Source: an uncultured delta proteobacterium (GTDB lineage Bacteria > Myxococcota > Myxococcia > Myxococcales > Myxococcaceae). From it: a stretch of DNA of 64,000 bases. The number at the start of each line of letters is the position of its first letter. Positions within the stretch are counted from its first letter, which is position 1. Where the stretch lies: positions 192,001 through 256,000 of the forward strand of contig CAVYSY010000001.1 in assembly GCA_963771175.1 (NCBI GenBank). Reading direction: 5' to 3'. Of this stretch, positions 12,229 through 21,138 are shown piece by piece. The position numbers and the translations under genes were made by a program. Below the pieces are notes generated by a model, which saw only the letters and a program-made list of their open reading frames with translations, was not told where the DNA came from and searched no databases.

Positions 12229-13653
12229 AGCCCGCGACCGTGGACGTCCTCGTGGTCGGTGGCGGACCGGCGGGTCTGCTCGCCGCGCTCCGCGCCGGAG
12301 ACCTGGGCGCCCGCACCACCCTGGTCACGCGCGGCGAGTTCGGCGGCATGGCCGCCCACGACGGGCCGGTTCCCGTGCGGACGCTGGCGCACGCGGCCCG
12401 GCTGATCCGCGACGCGCGGCAGCTCGGTCGGTACGGCATCGCCGTGCCGCGAGCCGGTGCTGGACTACCCGCGGCTGCTCGCGCGCGTGCGCGAGGTGGT
12501 GGGCGACGTGCGCGCCCACGCGGCGTTGCGCGAGCAGATCGATGCCGCGGGCGTCACCGTCCACGAGCGGGCCGGCGTCGCGCGCTTCGTGGACCCACAC
12601 ACCGTCGAGACCGCAGAGCGGGCTGCGACTTCGCGCCGAGAAGATCATCCTCTGCACCGGCGGGAGCCAGCCGGCGCCTCCCGGTCCCCGGATTCGAGCT
12701 GACGGCAACGCACAGCGATGCCTGGAGCCTGACGTCGGTTCCGCCGACGATGCTGGTCATTGGCGGGGGCGCGACCGGCGTGCAGGTCGCGTCGATCTTC
12801 AGCGCCTTCGGCACGCGCGTGGAGCTCTTCCAGGCGGCCCCGCGCATCCTGCCGACGGAGGACGAAGACGTGTCCGCGGCCGTCGCGGAGTCCTTTCGCA
12901 GGGCGGGCATCGGGGTGCACGAGGGCTTCGGCTCGATCGAGTCCTTCGAGAAGACGCCGAGCGGCGTGCGGATGATCTTCTCGAAGGACGGCGCACGAGC
13001 CAGCGCCGAGGCCGCGCTCGTGGTCGTGGCGGTGGGCTGGACGGCCAACACGGCCGCGCTCGGCCTCGCGACCGCCGGCGTCGAGACGGATCCCCGGGGA
13101 TTCGTGCGCGTCGACGCTCACCTGCGCACCTCCGCGCCGCACATCTTCGCCGCCGGAGACGTGACCGGCCGACTGATGCTCGTACCGCAGGCGTTGCAGG
13201 ACGGCTTCGTGGCCGCGACCAACGCCGTGCGAGGGCCAACGATGGCGACCGCAGACACGGTGTCGCCCGATCGGGAGCTTCACCGACCCCGAGTATGCGC
13301 AAGCGGGCCTGACCGAGGCGAAGGCGCGTGAAACGCACGACGTCGTGGTGGCGGTGGTGCGCTTCGACTCGACGACGCGCACGATCATCGACGGGCGAAC
13401 GACCGGCTTCTGCAAGCTGATCGTCGACCGCGCGACGCGCACGATTCTGGGTTGCCACGTCGTCGGCGAGCGTGCGGTCGACATCGTGCAGACGGCCGCG
13501 ATCGCCATCGCCGCGGGAATGCGCGTGGACGAGCTCGCGCGCGTTCCGCTTTCGTTCCCGACCTACACGGGTATCCTGGGTCGCGCCGCAGCAACCGCCG
13601 CTCGCCAGCTCAGTCGGGATGTTGGCCGAGGTCGCTTCGCGGAACTGCTATGA
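12225..13653 (+). CDS. Pyridine nucleotide-disulfide oxidoreductase-like flavoprotein lacking the redox cysteines (frameshifted)
   Basis: GGGPAG, GGGATG and GD motifs, dimerisation domain; GGMAAHDGPVP in place of GGxCxxxGCIP; FPTY in place of HPT. Confidence 0.8.
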
Positions 13654-13674
13654 CCGCTAGCGAGAACGCTACAT

Positions 13675-13879
13675 AGCGCTTGAGCCAGAAGTACACCGAG
13701 GGTCGGCTCAACCCCGTCACATGCGCTGCCTCGGCCAGCGTACGGCCCTCGGCCACGAGCAGCAGGGCCTGTGCGCGCCGGTACACGAGCACATCCTCCG
13801 CGTGCTGAAGCGCTCGCTGGAGCCGGACGCGGTCGTACCTGGTCAGCCCCCGCTGGGCGGGGCCCTGTGCCTTCCTCAT
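13675..13879 (-). mobile_element. IS630-family transposase N-terminal HTH fragment
   Basis: RVRLQRAL..VYRRAQALLLVAEGRTLAEAAHVTGLSRPSVYFWLKRY matches the IS630 HTH pattern; truncated, no DDE domain. Confidence 0.7.
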
Positions 13880-13950
13880 CGGCGCACCGTCGGCCCCGCC
13901 GCACTATTGTGTCAGGAACTTTTGCCTACCTACTTGGTCCCCGCGCAACG

Positions 13951-15102
13951 TCAGAACAGGAGCTTGCCGAGCGACACCACCACCAAGAGGAAGCGCCGGT
14001 CGATGAAGAGCAGGGGCAGCATTGGCGCCATGGCCGCGCAGAGGATGGCCAGCACCGCGCGGAGGCTCACCGGGAACCAGCGCATGCGGCGCGCGGCGTC
14101 GAAGGTAGTGTCCAGGTCCGTGAGGGAAGAGAAGTCGGGGGCGCCCAGCGGCTCCTGCTCGGTGGCCTCCTCGCGGTGGAACCACCGGCGCTCGAAGTGC
14201 CGCGAGTGCCAGGCCGCCAGGACCGAGAAGTCGTAGTCCCCGCGTCGCTTCGCCGCCAGGAGCTGGGGGGAGAAGGGGAGCAGCGGGGCGAACAGGATGA
14301 AGAAGGAGACGATCGCGACGGCGAGCAGGCGGATGGCGATAGTGTTGAGGTCTCCGCTTGGGTGGCGCTGCAGGTACTGCGCGGTGAGCGGGCATGACAC
14401 CGCGAAGACGATGACGGAGAAGCTGGCCTGGCAGGTGCTGAGGAAGTACAGGCCGCCCGTGGCGTCGGGATGGGTTGGCAGAAGGGCCAGCGGCAGCCGG
14501 GAGACCCTGAACAGGAAGACAGTCCACAGGGCGCTCCTCCACAGCCACCGCAGCAGCAGGAACCGCAGCAGGGGCAGGCTCAGCCAGAGGTACCACCACC
14601 CGGCCAGGGAGAGCCGGCCGCCGGGCTCTGTCAGGAGCCAATCCGGGCTCGCCTGGAGGGGCACGTCCACGAAGGACAGGGCATAGGCGGCCAGCAGCAA
14701 TCCGGCCTCGACGGAGGCCTTTTTCCGCAGCCGCATCACCCCGCGCGCGATGTCCTCGAAGGCGGCCAGGTGCTTCGCGCCAATCAACTTCGAGGAGACG
14801 AACTGGCGCACGGCCGTCGCGAGGCTTGCATCGATGTAGGGCTCGGCCGCGATGAGCATCGGCAGGGACACCAGCAACCGGACCTGGAGTAGGACATCGA
14901 GCAGAAAGGCGCGAGTCACCGCGGGCCCGCCGTGAAGCAACGACAGGACGAGGAGCGGCAACCAGCTCACCAGCAATACGAAGAGGATGCGCCGGAGCAG
15001 GGAGGGACGGCGCGGGCGGGCGAGGTGGCGCCACCGTCCGAGGCGGACGAGCGGGTCTCCTCGGACGAGCGAGAAGTCGAGTAGCGAGGCGGGGACGTCC
15101 AT
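13951..15102 (-). CDS. Hypothetical integral membrane protein
   Basis: Multiple transmembrane helices; PTHPDATGGLYFL and PDFSSLTDL motifs. Confidence 0.7.
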   Translation of the reverse strand: MDVPASLLDFSLVRGDPLVRLGRWRHLARPRRPSLLRRILFVLLVSWLPLLVLSLLHGGPAVTRAFLLDVLLQVRLLVSLPMLIAAEPYIDASLATAVRQFVSSKLIGAKHLAAFEDIARGVMRLRKKASVEAGLLLAAYALSFVDVPLQASPDWLLTEPGGRLSLAGWWYLWLSLPLLRFLLLRWLWRSALWTVFLFRVSRLPLALLPTHPDATGGLYFLSTCQASFSVIVFAVSCPLTAQYLQRHPSGDLNTIAIRLLAVAIVSFFILFAPLLPFSPQLLAAKRRGDYDFSVLAAWHSRHFERRWFHREEATEQEPLGAPDFSSLTDLDTTFDAARRMRWFPVSLRAVLAILCAAMAPMLPLLFIDRRFLLVVVSLGKLLF

Positions 15103-15126
15103 GGACGCCTCAAAGACCGCGCAGCC

Positions 15127-15795
15127 TCAGAGGCGCACGCCGAGGATGAACGGCAGGTACATGCCGTTGGCCCGCCGCGAGCCGCTCGGCGTGTCGAACT
15201 TCGGGCCGAAGACATAGTGGTAGCGGGCCTCCACGAAGACGCGCAGGGGGCCCGCGTACCGCAGCGTGACGCCGACGCCCACGTTGAGCCCGAGGTCCGT
15301 GGAGCTGATGGAGCCCAGGGTCTCTCCCACGGGGACGGCGCCGCTGAAACAGGTGAAGAGCCATGGGTCGCAGAAGGGTGCGGAGGTGACGCCCTCGATG
15401 CGGGTGATGCGCACCCGGCGGTAGTACAGGCCGGGCCCACCCATGGCGTAGATGCCCACGCGGCGCTCGGGCAGGAGCTGGAAGACGGCGTCGAGGCCTC
15501 CGTACCGCATGGTGTGGTCGCCCTGGACGTCGTTCGCCTCCAGCACGTCCGACTTGACGGTGTACGTGCTTTGGAAGATCTCTCCCTGCAGGGCCACGCG
15601 GTCCGTGAACTCATACCCGGCCGTCACCTGGAGGCCACTCCCCGTCTCGAAGCGGCCGCCCGCGTCGGAGATGGGCAGGATGACGCTGCCTCCGGCGCTG
15701 AAGGTCAGGGGGACGTCCGGTTCTTCACTCGCCCACGCGCTCCTCGCGCTCACGAGCAGCAGCAGGGCCACGGGAATCGCGGAGCCGAGGCGCAT
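15127..15795 (-). CDS. Outer-membrane beta-barrel protein (OmpA-like/porin)
   Basis: Signal peptide from the ATG at 15795; alternating beta-strands; VEARYHY; Cys-x5-Cys loop. Confidence 0.75.
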   Translation of the reverse strand: MRLGSAIPVALLLLVSARSAWASEEPDVPLTFSAGGSVILPISDAGGRFETGSGLQVTAGYEFTDRVALQGEIFQSTYTVKSDVLEANDVQGDHTMRYGGLDAVFQLLPERRVGIYAMGGPGLYYRRVRITRIEGVTSAPFCDPWLFTCFSGAVPVGETLGSISSTDLGLNVGVGVTLRYAGPLRVFVEARYHYVFGPKFDTPSGSRRANGMYLPFILGVRL

Positions 15796-15997
15796 GGGGC
15801 CCCTCCTTCGAAGCAGCGGTGCATGAACGGTAGTGGCTCCGGGCCCGGGCGACCAGCACCCGGGACTCCGAGGCACGTGGGCTTCACCCACGTGACACAG
15901 GGGCTGCTCGCGCGCGACTGTCGGGAGCGCGACGGGATCACCGGCTCCCAGGGAGGGTCGGCGGGGGGCGCACGGATGCGCAGCTTGCGCCGGGCAC

Positions 15998-17141
15998 ATG
16001 TCTCCGGTTCTTCCCCCACGGCATCGGGTATCCATGGTGGTGCTCGCGGCACTCCTCTCGGCATGCGCCACGCTGAGTCCGCCCCGCTCGGAGCTGACCG
16101 AGCGCGTGGGGCGCTCGGACCTGGACGTGAGCGCGCTGCGGGTCCGTGTGCGCGACATGGCCCGGCGCTTCTCCGGCCTGCTGGAGGCGATGGCGGATGG
16201 CCTTGCCTCGCACTCGGATTCGCCCGAGGTGGCGCGGGCGATGCTCACGTTCAAGGCGAACGCGGTGCCCGCCATGCAGGGCGCGCTCTTCCAGTCGGAC
16301 CCGGTGGCCGCCCTGGTGGATGCCTGGGCGCTGCTGGCCCAACTCCAGGACGTGCTTCCGAAGCGGGCGGAGCTCGCCCCCCCGGAGTTGCAGGCCGAGG
16401 CCCGGCGCTCACTGGGCGACATGGAGTCACAGGTGGAGGCGCTGTGGCGCGAGCTCACGGGGCGCGAGGACGTGTCCTCCGCGCGGAGGCTCATCCATGA
16501 ATGGGCCGCCGCGCACCCGCTGACCGGAAACCTCGTCGCGCGCGAGTCCACCGCGCCACTGCTGGCCTCCGTGTCGGAGGTGTCGGGCGGCGGTCTGCTG
16601 AAGAGGGCGGCGGGTCTCCTGGAGGGAACTCGCGACATCATCCGCGCGGGTGGACCTCTATGCGTCCAGCCTCCCTCGTCAGGTCCGCTGGCAGGCGGAA
16701 CTCCTGGCCGCCGATGCCATGAGCGCGCCCACCCTCCAGTCCGCCACGGCCGAGCTGGCGCGCACGGTGGACATCCTCGATCGCGTGGGAGGCATGGCCG
16801 CGAACGCGCCCGCGCTGGTGGCCCGTGAGCGCTCGGCGGTGCTGGAGGCGCTGGACCAGGAGCGGCGGTCGCTCCAGGACTACATCTCCGGTGAGCGGCA
16901 GGCCGTCATGGCGGGGGTGGGGCAGGAGCGCGCGGCGGTGCTGGGCGCCCTGCATGCCGAGCGCGTGGCGACGCTCCAGCAGCTCGACGGCCTGGCCCTG
17001 GGCTGGGTGGACCACGCGTTCGACCGGGCGGGGCTCCTGGTGGATCGCGTCTTCCTGTGGCTGCTGGGGCTGGTGGGCCTGGGGCTGGTGGGCGGGCTCG
17101 TCCTCGTGGCGCTGCTGGCCCGCGTTTGGCGGCGCACGTGA
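15998..17141 (+). CDS. Helical lipoprotein with C-terminal transmembrane helix (frameshift ~16645)
   Basis: Lipobox LLSAC; DPVAALVDAWAL; second part continues in ORF 16650-17141. Confidence 0.6.
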
Positions 17142-17439
17142 GAAAGGCGCTGAGAGGGGTCAATGTCTCCATGGAGAGCCGCGCTCCGCGTCACGGCTTC
17201 GCGGGGCTCCACCAACGCTCATGACGCAGCCGCGGCTTCGCCAGGCGAGTGATGGCTACCTGCTGATTCGCTCGCGGGCGGTGAGGCGCACGGTGACGCC
17301 GCCGGCGCGGATGGCCTCGCCCTGCGTGAGCCTCCTAAGCGGGTTTGCGCCCGACGAGCTGCACCACGGCGGCCTGGCCCGTGTGCAGGGAGCCCTCGCG
17401 CACCTCGCGCGTCAGCTCACGCAGCACGCGTCGAAGGCC

Positions 17440-18276
17440 TCACTGCGCGTGAGGCGATGCGGAGACCGCGGGCGTCGCGTACTCACCGCCCAGCTGCGTC
17501 AGCGCATCCCGGTTCTTGTAGAGGATGAAGACGCCCATCACCACGAGGAAGGCCGAGAAGGCACGCTTGAGGGCCGCCTGCGACACATAGTGGGACGCCC
17601 AGGTGCCGGCGAAAATCCCGGCCACCGCGATGGCCGTGAAGATCCCCAGGTAGCTCCAGGGCACCTCGACGTGGCCGAGGTAGCCGGCGAAGCCCACGAA
17701 GGAGTTGAGGGCAATGACGAGCAGGCTGGTGCCCACCGCCTGCTTCATCGGCAGTCCCACCAGGAGCACCAGCGCCGGGACGATGAGGAAGCCGCCGCCC
17801 ACCCCGACCAGTCCCGTGAGGCCGCCCACACCCAGAGCGGCCGCGGCCATCACCGGGAAGGAGGCCTTGTGCGGCTCGGGCACGTGTGCGTCCTCCTTCC
17901 GCGCCGCCAGTGCGGCCTCCTTGCGGCCATTGCGGAACATGAAGAAGGCGGCCACGAGCATCACCGCGGCGAAGAGCAGGAGCTGCGCGGCGCCCGAGAT
18001 GAAGACGGACAGGCGCGCCCCGGCGTACGTGCCCGCCATCGCCACCGTTCCGAAGATCAGGGCCGCCCGGAACTGGAGATTGCCCTTGCGCCAGTGGCCC
18101 ATGGCACCAAAGAGGCTGGTAACCCCCACCACCGCCAGTCCCATGGCGATGGACTCCTTGGCTCCGAAGCCCAGGACGTACACGAGGATGGGGACGGTGA
18201 GGATGGAGCCGCCGCCGCCGAGAAGACCGAGCGACAGTCCAATGAGAGCCGCGAGGGAGAAGCCGAGGAATGGCAT
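17440..18276 (-). CDS. Sulfite exporter TauE/SafE (TSUP) family
   Basis: GLLGGGGSILTVP and GLVGVGGGFLIVP repeats; AVGTSL. Confidence 0.92.
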   Translation of the reverse strand: MPFLGFSLAALIGLSLGLLGGGGSILTVPILVYVLGFGAKESIAMGLAVVGVTSLFGAMGHWRKGNLQFRAALIFGTVAMAGTYAGARLSVFISGAAQLLLFAAVMLVAAFFMFRNGRKEAALAARKEDAHVPEPHKASFPVMAAAALGVGGLTGLVGVGGGFLIVPALVLLVGLPMKQAVGTSLLVIALNSFVGFAGYLGHVEVPWSYLGIFTAIAVAGIFAGTWASHYVSQAALKRAFSAFLVVMGVFILYKNRDALTQLGGEYATPAVSASPHAQ

Positions 18277-18303
18277 GGTATCCGTTCTTGTCCGAGCGCG
18301 CGC

Positions 18304-18630
18304 TCAGCCCTGGGGACGGGCGGCGGGCGTCTCGTTCACGGCGAGCATTCCGCCCGCCAGGTTGTAGAGGTGTTTGAAGCCACGCAGGGCGAGTGCCTGC
18401 GCGGCCCTCGCGGAGCGTGCGCCCGAGCGGCAGATGAGCAGTAGCGGCACCTCGCGTGGCCAGGAGGCGGAGGCCGCCTCCAGCGTGCCCAGCGGGACGA
18501 GCTCCGACCCGGGCAGGTGGCCCAGGGGACCGGTGAATTCATCCTGCTCGCGCACGTCGATGCGCCGCACTTCGGGGCCGAGCGCATCGAGCTGGGCGGG
18601 GGTGATGTCCTGGTAGGGTTGAGAAGTCAT
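18304..18630 (-). CDS. Single-domain rhodanese (sulfurtransferase)
   Basis: IDVRE, GHLPG, active-site CRSGARS, NLAGGM. Confidence 0.92.
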   Translation of the reverse strand: MTSQPYQDITPAQLDALGPEVRRIDVREQDEFTGPLGHLPGSELVPLGTLEAASASWPREVPLLLICRSGARSARAAQALALRGFKHLYNLAGGMLAVNETPAARPQG

Positions 18631-18660
18631 GGTCGGGCCTCCTGGGTGAGGGTAGGGGGC

Positions 18661-18816
18661 TCAGGCCCCTTGCTGTGAGGGCGCCGTGTGCCCGCAGGCG
18701 CGGTTGGCCGGGACGGCGATGTCGAGCTTCTTGGGCTTGGGCAGGTTGAGGTTCTCCATGATGTGGATGAACTCCTCACGGCTCTTGCCGGCCAGGCGCG
18801 GGTTGTGCCGCTTCTC
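18661..18816 (-). pseudogene. C-terminal remnant of persulfide dioxygenase (ETHE1/PDO-type MBL hydrolase)
   Basis: Manual translation [42 protein letters not shown]...stop matches the ETHE1-type C-terminus; the N-terminus is missing and an AGGAG (18822-18826) abuts the fragment. Confidence 0.8.
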
Positions 18817-18833
18817 GAGGACTCCTGCCCGTG

Positions 18834-18860
18834 AGAGCCCGGGTCGGGGAAAAGGATTCA
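18834..18860 (-). promoter_or_regulatory. Putative ECF-sigma promoter for the PDO-rhodanese-TauE operon
   Basis: TGAATCCTTTTC-N9-GGCTCT, identical in both boxes and spacing to the divergent motif at 19041-19067. Confidence 0.7.
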
Positions 18861-19040
18861 GGACGATCGCCTCCCTCCGGAATCCGCGCGGAAGCAGGCG
18901 CTTCCTCCTCTCTCCGGTATGGGGGCGGCCTGCTCCTGCCTTCCTCGGACTCTGGATTTCAGGGCGGCCCGAAGGAGCCCGGGTGCTGAGCAGGTGATGC
19001 GGCGAGACTGCCCTGCGCGTATGCTCCGTGAAATCCCTCG

Positions 19041-19067
19041 TGAATCCTTTTCTGAGAGTCTGGCTCT
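19041..19067 (+). promoter_or_regulatory. Putative ECF-sigma promoter for the yeeE pair
   Basis: TGAATCCTTTTC-N9-GGCTCT ending 8 nt before the ATG at 19076; no SD sequence, so possibly leaderless. Confidence 0.7.
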
Positions 19068-19075
19068 AGCAAGAC

Positions 19076-19501
19076 ATGAATTCTTCCATCCTCTTTCCTC
19101 TCCTGGGCGGGGCGCTCATCGGGTTGAGCGCCTCGCTCCTCCTCCTGGCCAATGGCCGGGTGGCTGGCATCAGCGGTGTGGTGGGCTCGCTGCTGGCCCC
19201 CGTGCGCGGCGACATCGCCTGGCGCGCGCTCTTCTTGGGGGGACTGCTCACCGGCGGCCTGTTGCTGGTGTGGCTGCGCCCCGTGTCCTTCTCGGCCCCG
19301 GCGCCCTTGAGCGCGGGCGGGGTCGGGCTGCTGGTGGCGTCCGGGTTGCTGGTGGGCTTCGGCTCGCGGCTGGGCAACGGCTGCACCAGCGGGCATGGCG
19401 TCTGCGGCATCAGCCGTGGCTCCGTCCGCTCCATCGCGGCCACCGTCACCTTCATGGCCACCGGTGCCCTCACCGTCTTCCTGGCCCGCCACGTCTTCTA
19501 A
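19076..19501 (+). CDS. YeeE/YedE family sulfur-compound transporter subunit
   Basis: GRVAGISG and [10 protein letters not shown] motifs. Confidence 0.92.
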   Translation: MNSSILFPLLGGALIGLSASLLLLANGRVAGISGVVGSLLAPVRGDIAWRALFLGGLLTGGLLLVWLRPVSFSAPAPLSAGGVGLLVASGLLVGFGSRLGNGCTSGHGVCGISRGSVRSIAATVTFMATGALTVFLARHVF

Positions 19502-19514
19502 CGGGAGTTCCCCA

Positions 19515-19976
19515 ATGCGTTCCTTCATCAGCGCGTTTCTCAGCGGCCTCATCTTCGCCATCGGCCTGGGCCTCAGCGGCATGACGGATCCGGCCAACGT
19601 CGTCGGCTTCCTCGACATCGCCGGCAACTGGGACTTCCGGCTCGCGTTCGTGATGGGCGGTGCCATCGCCGTGCACGCGGCGCTGCGGCCCCTCATCCTC
19701 AAGCGGGAGCGGCCCCTGTTCTCCGCGAAGTTCCCCTCCTTCCCCGTCAGCAAGTTGGACCCGAAGCTCCTCGTGGGCGCGGCCCTCTTCGGCGCGGGCT
19801 GGGGACTCGGCGGCTATTGCCCCGGCCCCGCTCTCACCTCACTCGCCAGCGGCGCGCCCCAGTTGCTCGTCTTCGTGCCCGCCATGTTCGCCGGCATGTA
19901 CCTCGCCCAGGTGTTCCAGGCGCGGCGCGATGCGAGCGCGCGGACTTCGAGCCTGGGCGCGATGCCCTCGCCGTAG
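19515..19976 (+). CDS. YeeE/YedE family sulfur-compound transporter subunit
   Basis: [14 protein letters not shown] and [11 protein letters not shown] motifs; ATG at 19515 with RBS GGGAG. Confidence 0.9.
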   Translation: MRSFISAFLSGLIFAIGLGLSGMTDPANVVGFLDIAGNWDFRLAFVMGGAIAVHAALRPLILKRERPLFSAKFPSFPVSKLDPKLLVGAALFGAGWGLGGYCPGPALTSLASGAPQLLVFVPAMFAGMYLAQVFQARRDASARTSSLGAMPSP

Positions 19977-20177
19977 TACCGGCCTTCCGGATCGCCGGCC
20001 CCGAGCCGGCGGTCCCGGGATCGCTTCCGTGGGACGTGGACCCAGCTGTCCATATGTCCGCCAGCACCGACATCGGGCGCCCAGTATATTTTCCCAGGGT
20101 GGACCGTCAGGAGGCATTCTGGCGACCGAGCGTTCCCCAACAGGGGCGTGACAGGTGAGTGAGGAGGCGACCTGGTA

Positions 20178-20987
20178 ATGGCGAGTCGAACCGATGAGCA
20201 GTTGGTGGAGGCCGTGCGCTCGGGCGAGAACAAGGCCCTGGATGAGCTCCTCGCCCGCCACGAGAAGCAGGTGTACCGCTTTGGCCTGCGCATGTGTGGC
20301 TCGGAAGAGGACGCCAAGGAGGTACTCCAGGAGACGCTGATCGCGGCGTTCCGCGGCATCCACGCGTTCCGGGGCGACGCGGAGCTGTCCACGTGGCTGT
20401 ACCAGGTGGCCCGCACGCACTGTTTCCGCTTGCGTCGCCGGCGCGTCGGAGCGCCCGAGGAGTTCCATCCACTCGACTCTCCCGCGGCAACCCACGTTGC
20501 CTCGGCGGAGGCGACCCCGGACATGGCCTCCCAGGCGCGGCAGATGGGGGAGGTCTTACAGGCGGCCATCCTCGCGCTGCCGGAGGCCTACCGCGAGGTG
20601 CTCATCCTCCGGGATGTGGAGGGTCTCTCGGCCGAGGAGGCGGCGCAGGTGGTGGGGATCGAGGTGGGGGCGCTCAAGAGCCGACTGCACCGCGCGCGCC
20701 TCCAGTTGCGCGAGCACCTCTCCACCCTCATGGGGGAGGGCGCCCAGGGCGAGGCCCAGTCGTGCCCGGAGCTGGCGCAGGAGCTCTCGGAGTTCGCCGC
20801 GCAGGAGGTGGATCAGTCCACCTGTGTGCGCCTCGAGGACCATCTGTCGCGCTGCCCGCGCTGTGCCCAGGCGTGCGACTCGCTCAAGCGCACGGTGTCC
20901 CTGTGCCGGCGTATCCCCGGGGATGAGGTACCCGCGGCGGTGCGCGCGGCGGTGCGCCAGGCGCTGTCACGAGCGTTGCCTGCCTGA
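20178..20987 (+). CDS. ECF RNA polymerase sigma factor with fused C-terminal zinc-binding anti-sigma (zf-HC2/ZAS) domain
   Basis: Sigma2 (FRGDAELSTWLY), sigma4 (KSRLHRAR), then C-x19-C..HLSRCPRC (Hx3Cx2C). Confidence 0.9.
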   Translation: MASRTDEQLVEAVRSGENKALDELLARHEKQVYRFGLRMCGSEEDAKEVLQETLIAAFRGIHAFRGDAELSTWLYQVARTHCFRLRRRRVGAPEEFHPLDSPAATHVASAEATPDMASQARQMGEVLQAAILALPEAYREVLILRDVEGLSAEEAAQVVGIEVGALKSRLHRARLQLREHLSTLMGEGAQGEAQSCPELAQELSEFAAQEVDQSTCVRLEDHLSRCPRCAQACDSLKRTVSLCRRIPGDEVPAAVRAAVRQALSRALPA

Positions 20988-20997
20988 GTCGTGGGCG

Positions 20998-21041
20998 CCG
21001 CAAAGGCTGCGTGCCTGCTGACCGTGCCGCAAGGCTTGCGT
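20998..21041. promoter_or_regulatory. Tandem enhancer-binding-protein boxes (CCGCA-N5-TGCGT x2)
   Basis: CCGCAAAGGCTGCGT at 20998 and CCGCAAGGCTTGCGT at 21027, 29 bp apart, upstream of a sigma54 site. Confidence 0.65.
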
Positions 21042-21072
21042 TCCTCGGGGCCGTTTCCCGGTGGATTTCAGG

Positions 21073-21088
21073 TGGCGTGCTTCTTGCC
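21073..21088 (+). promoter_or_regulatory. Sigma54 -24/-12 promoter
   Basis: TGGCGTGCTTCTTGCC (GG-N10-GC), 50 bp before the ATG at 21139. Confidence 0.7.
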
Positions 21089-21138
21089 CCGAGAAGGTTC
21101 CATCGACGGCCTCCGTCACGGTGTAGAGGGTTGTCATC

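Noticed and set aside
17141..17440. Possible gene remnant in the 300-bp gap (minus-strand GEAIRAGGVTVRLTARE)
   Set aside because: Too short, with no start codon or convincing family match.
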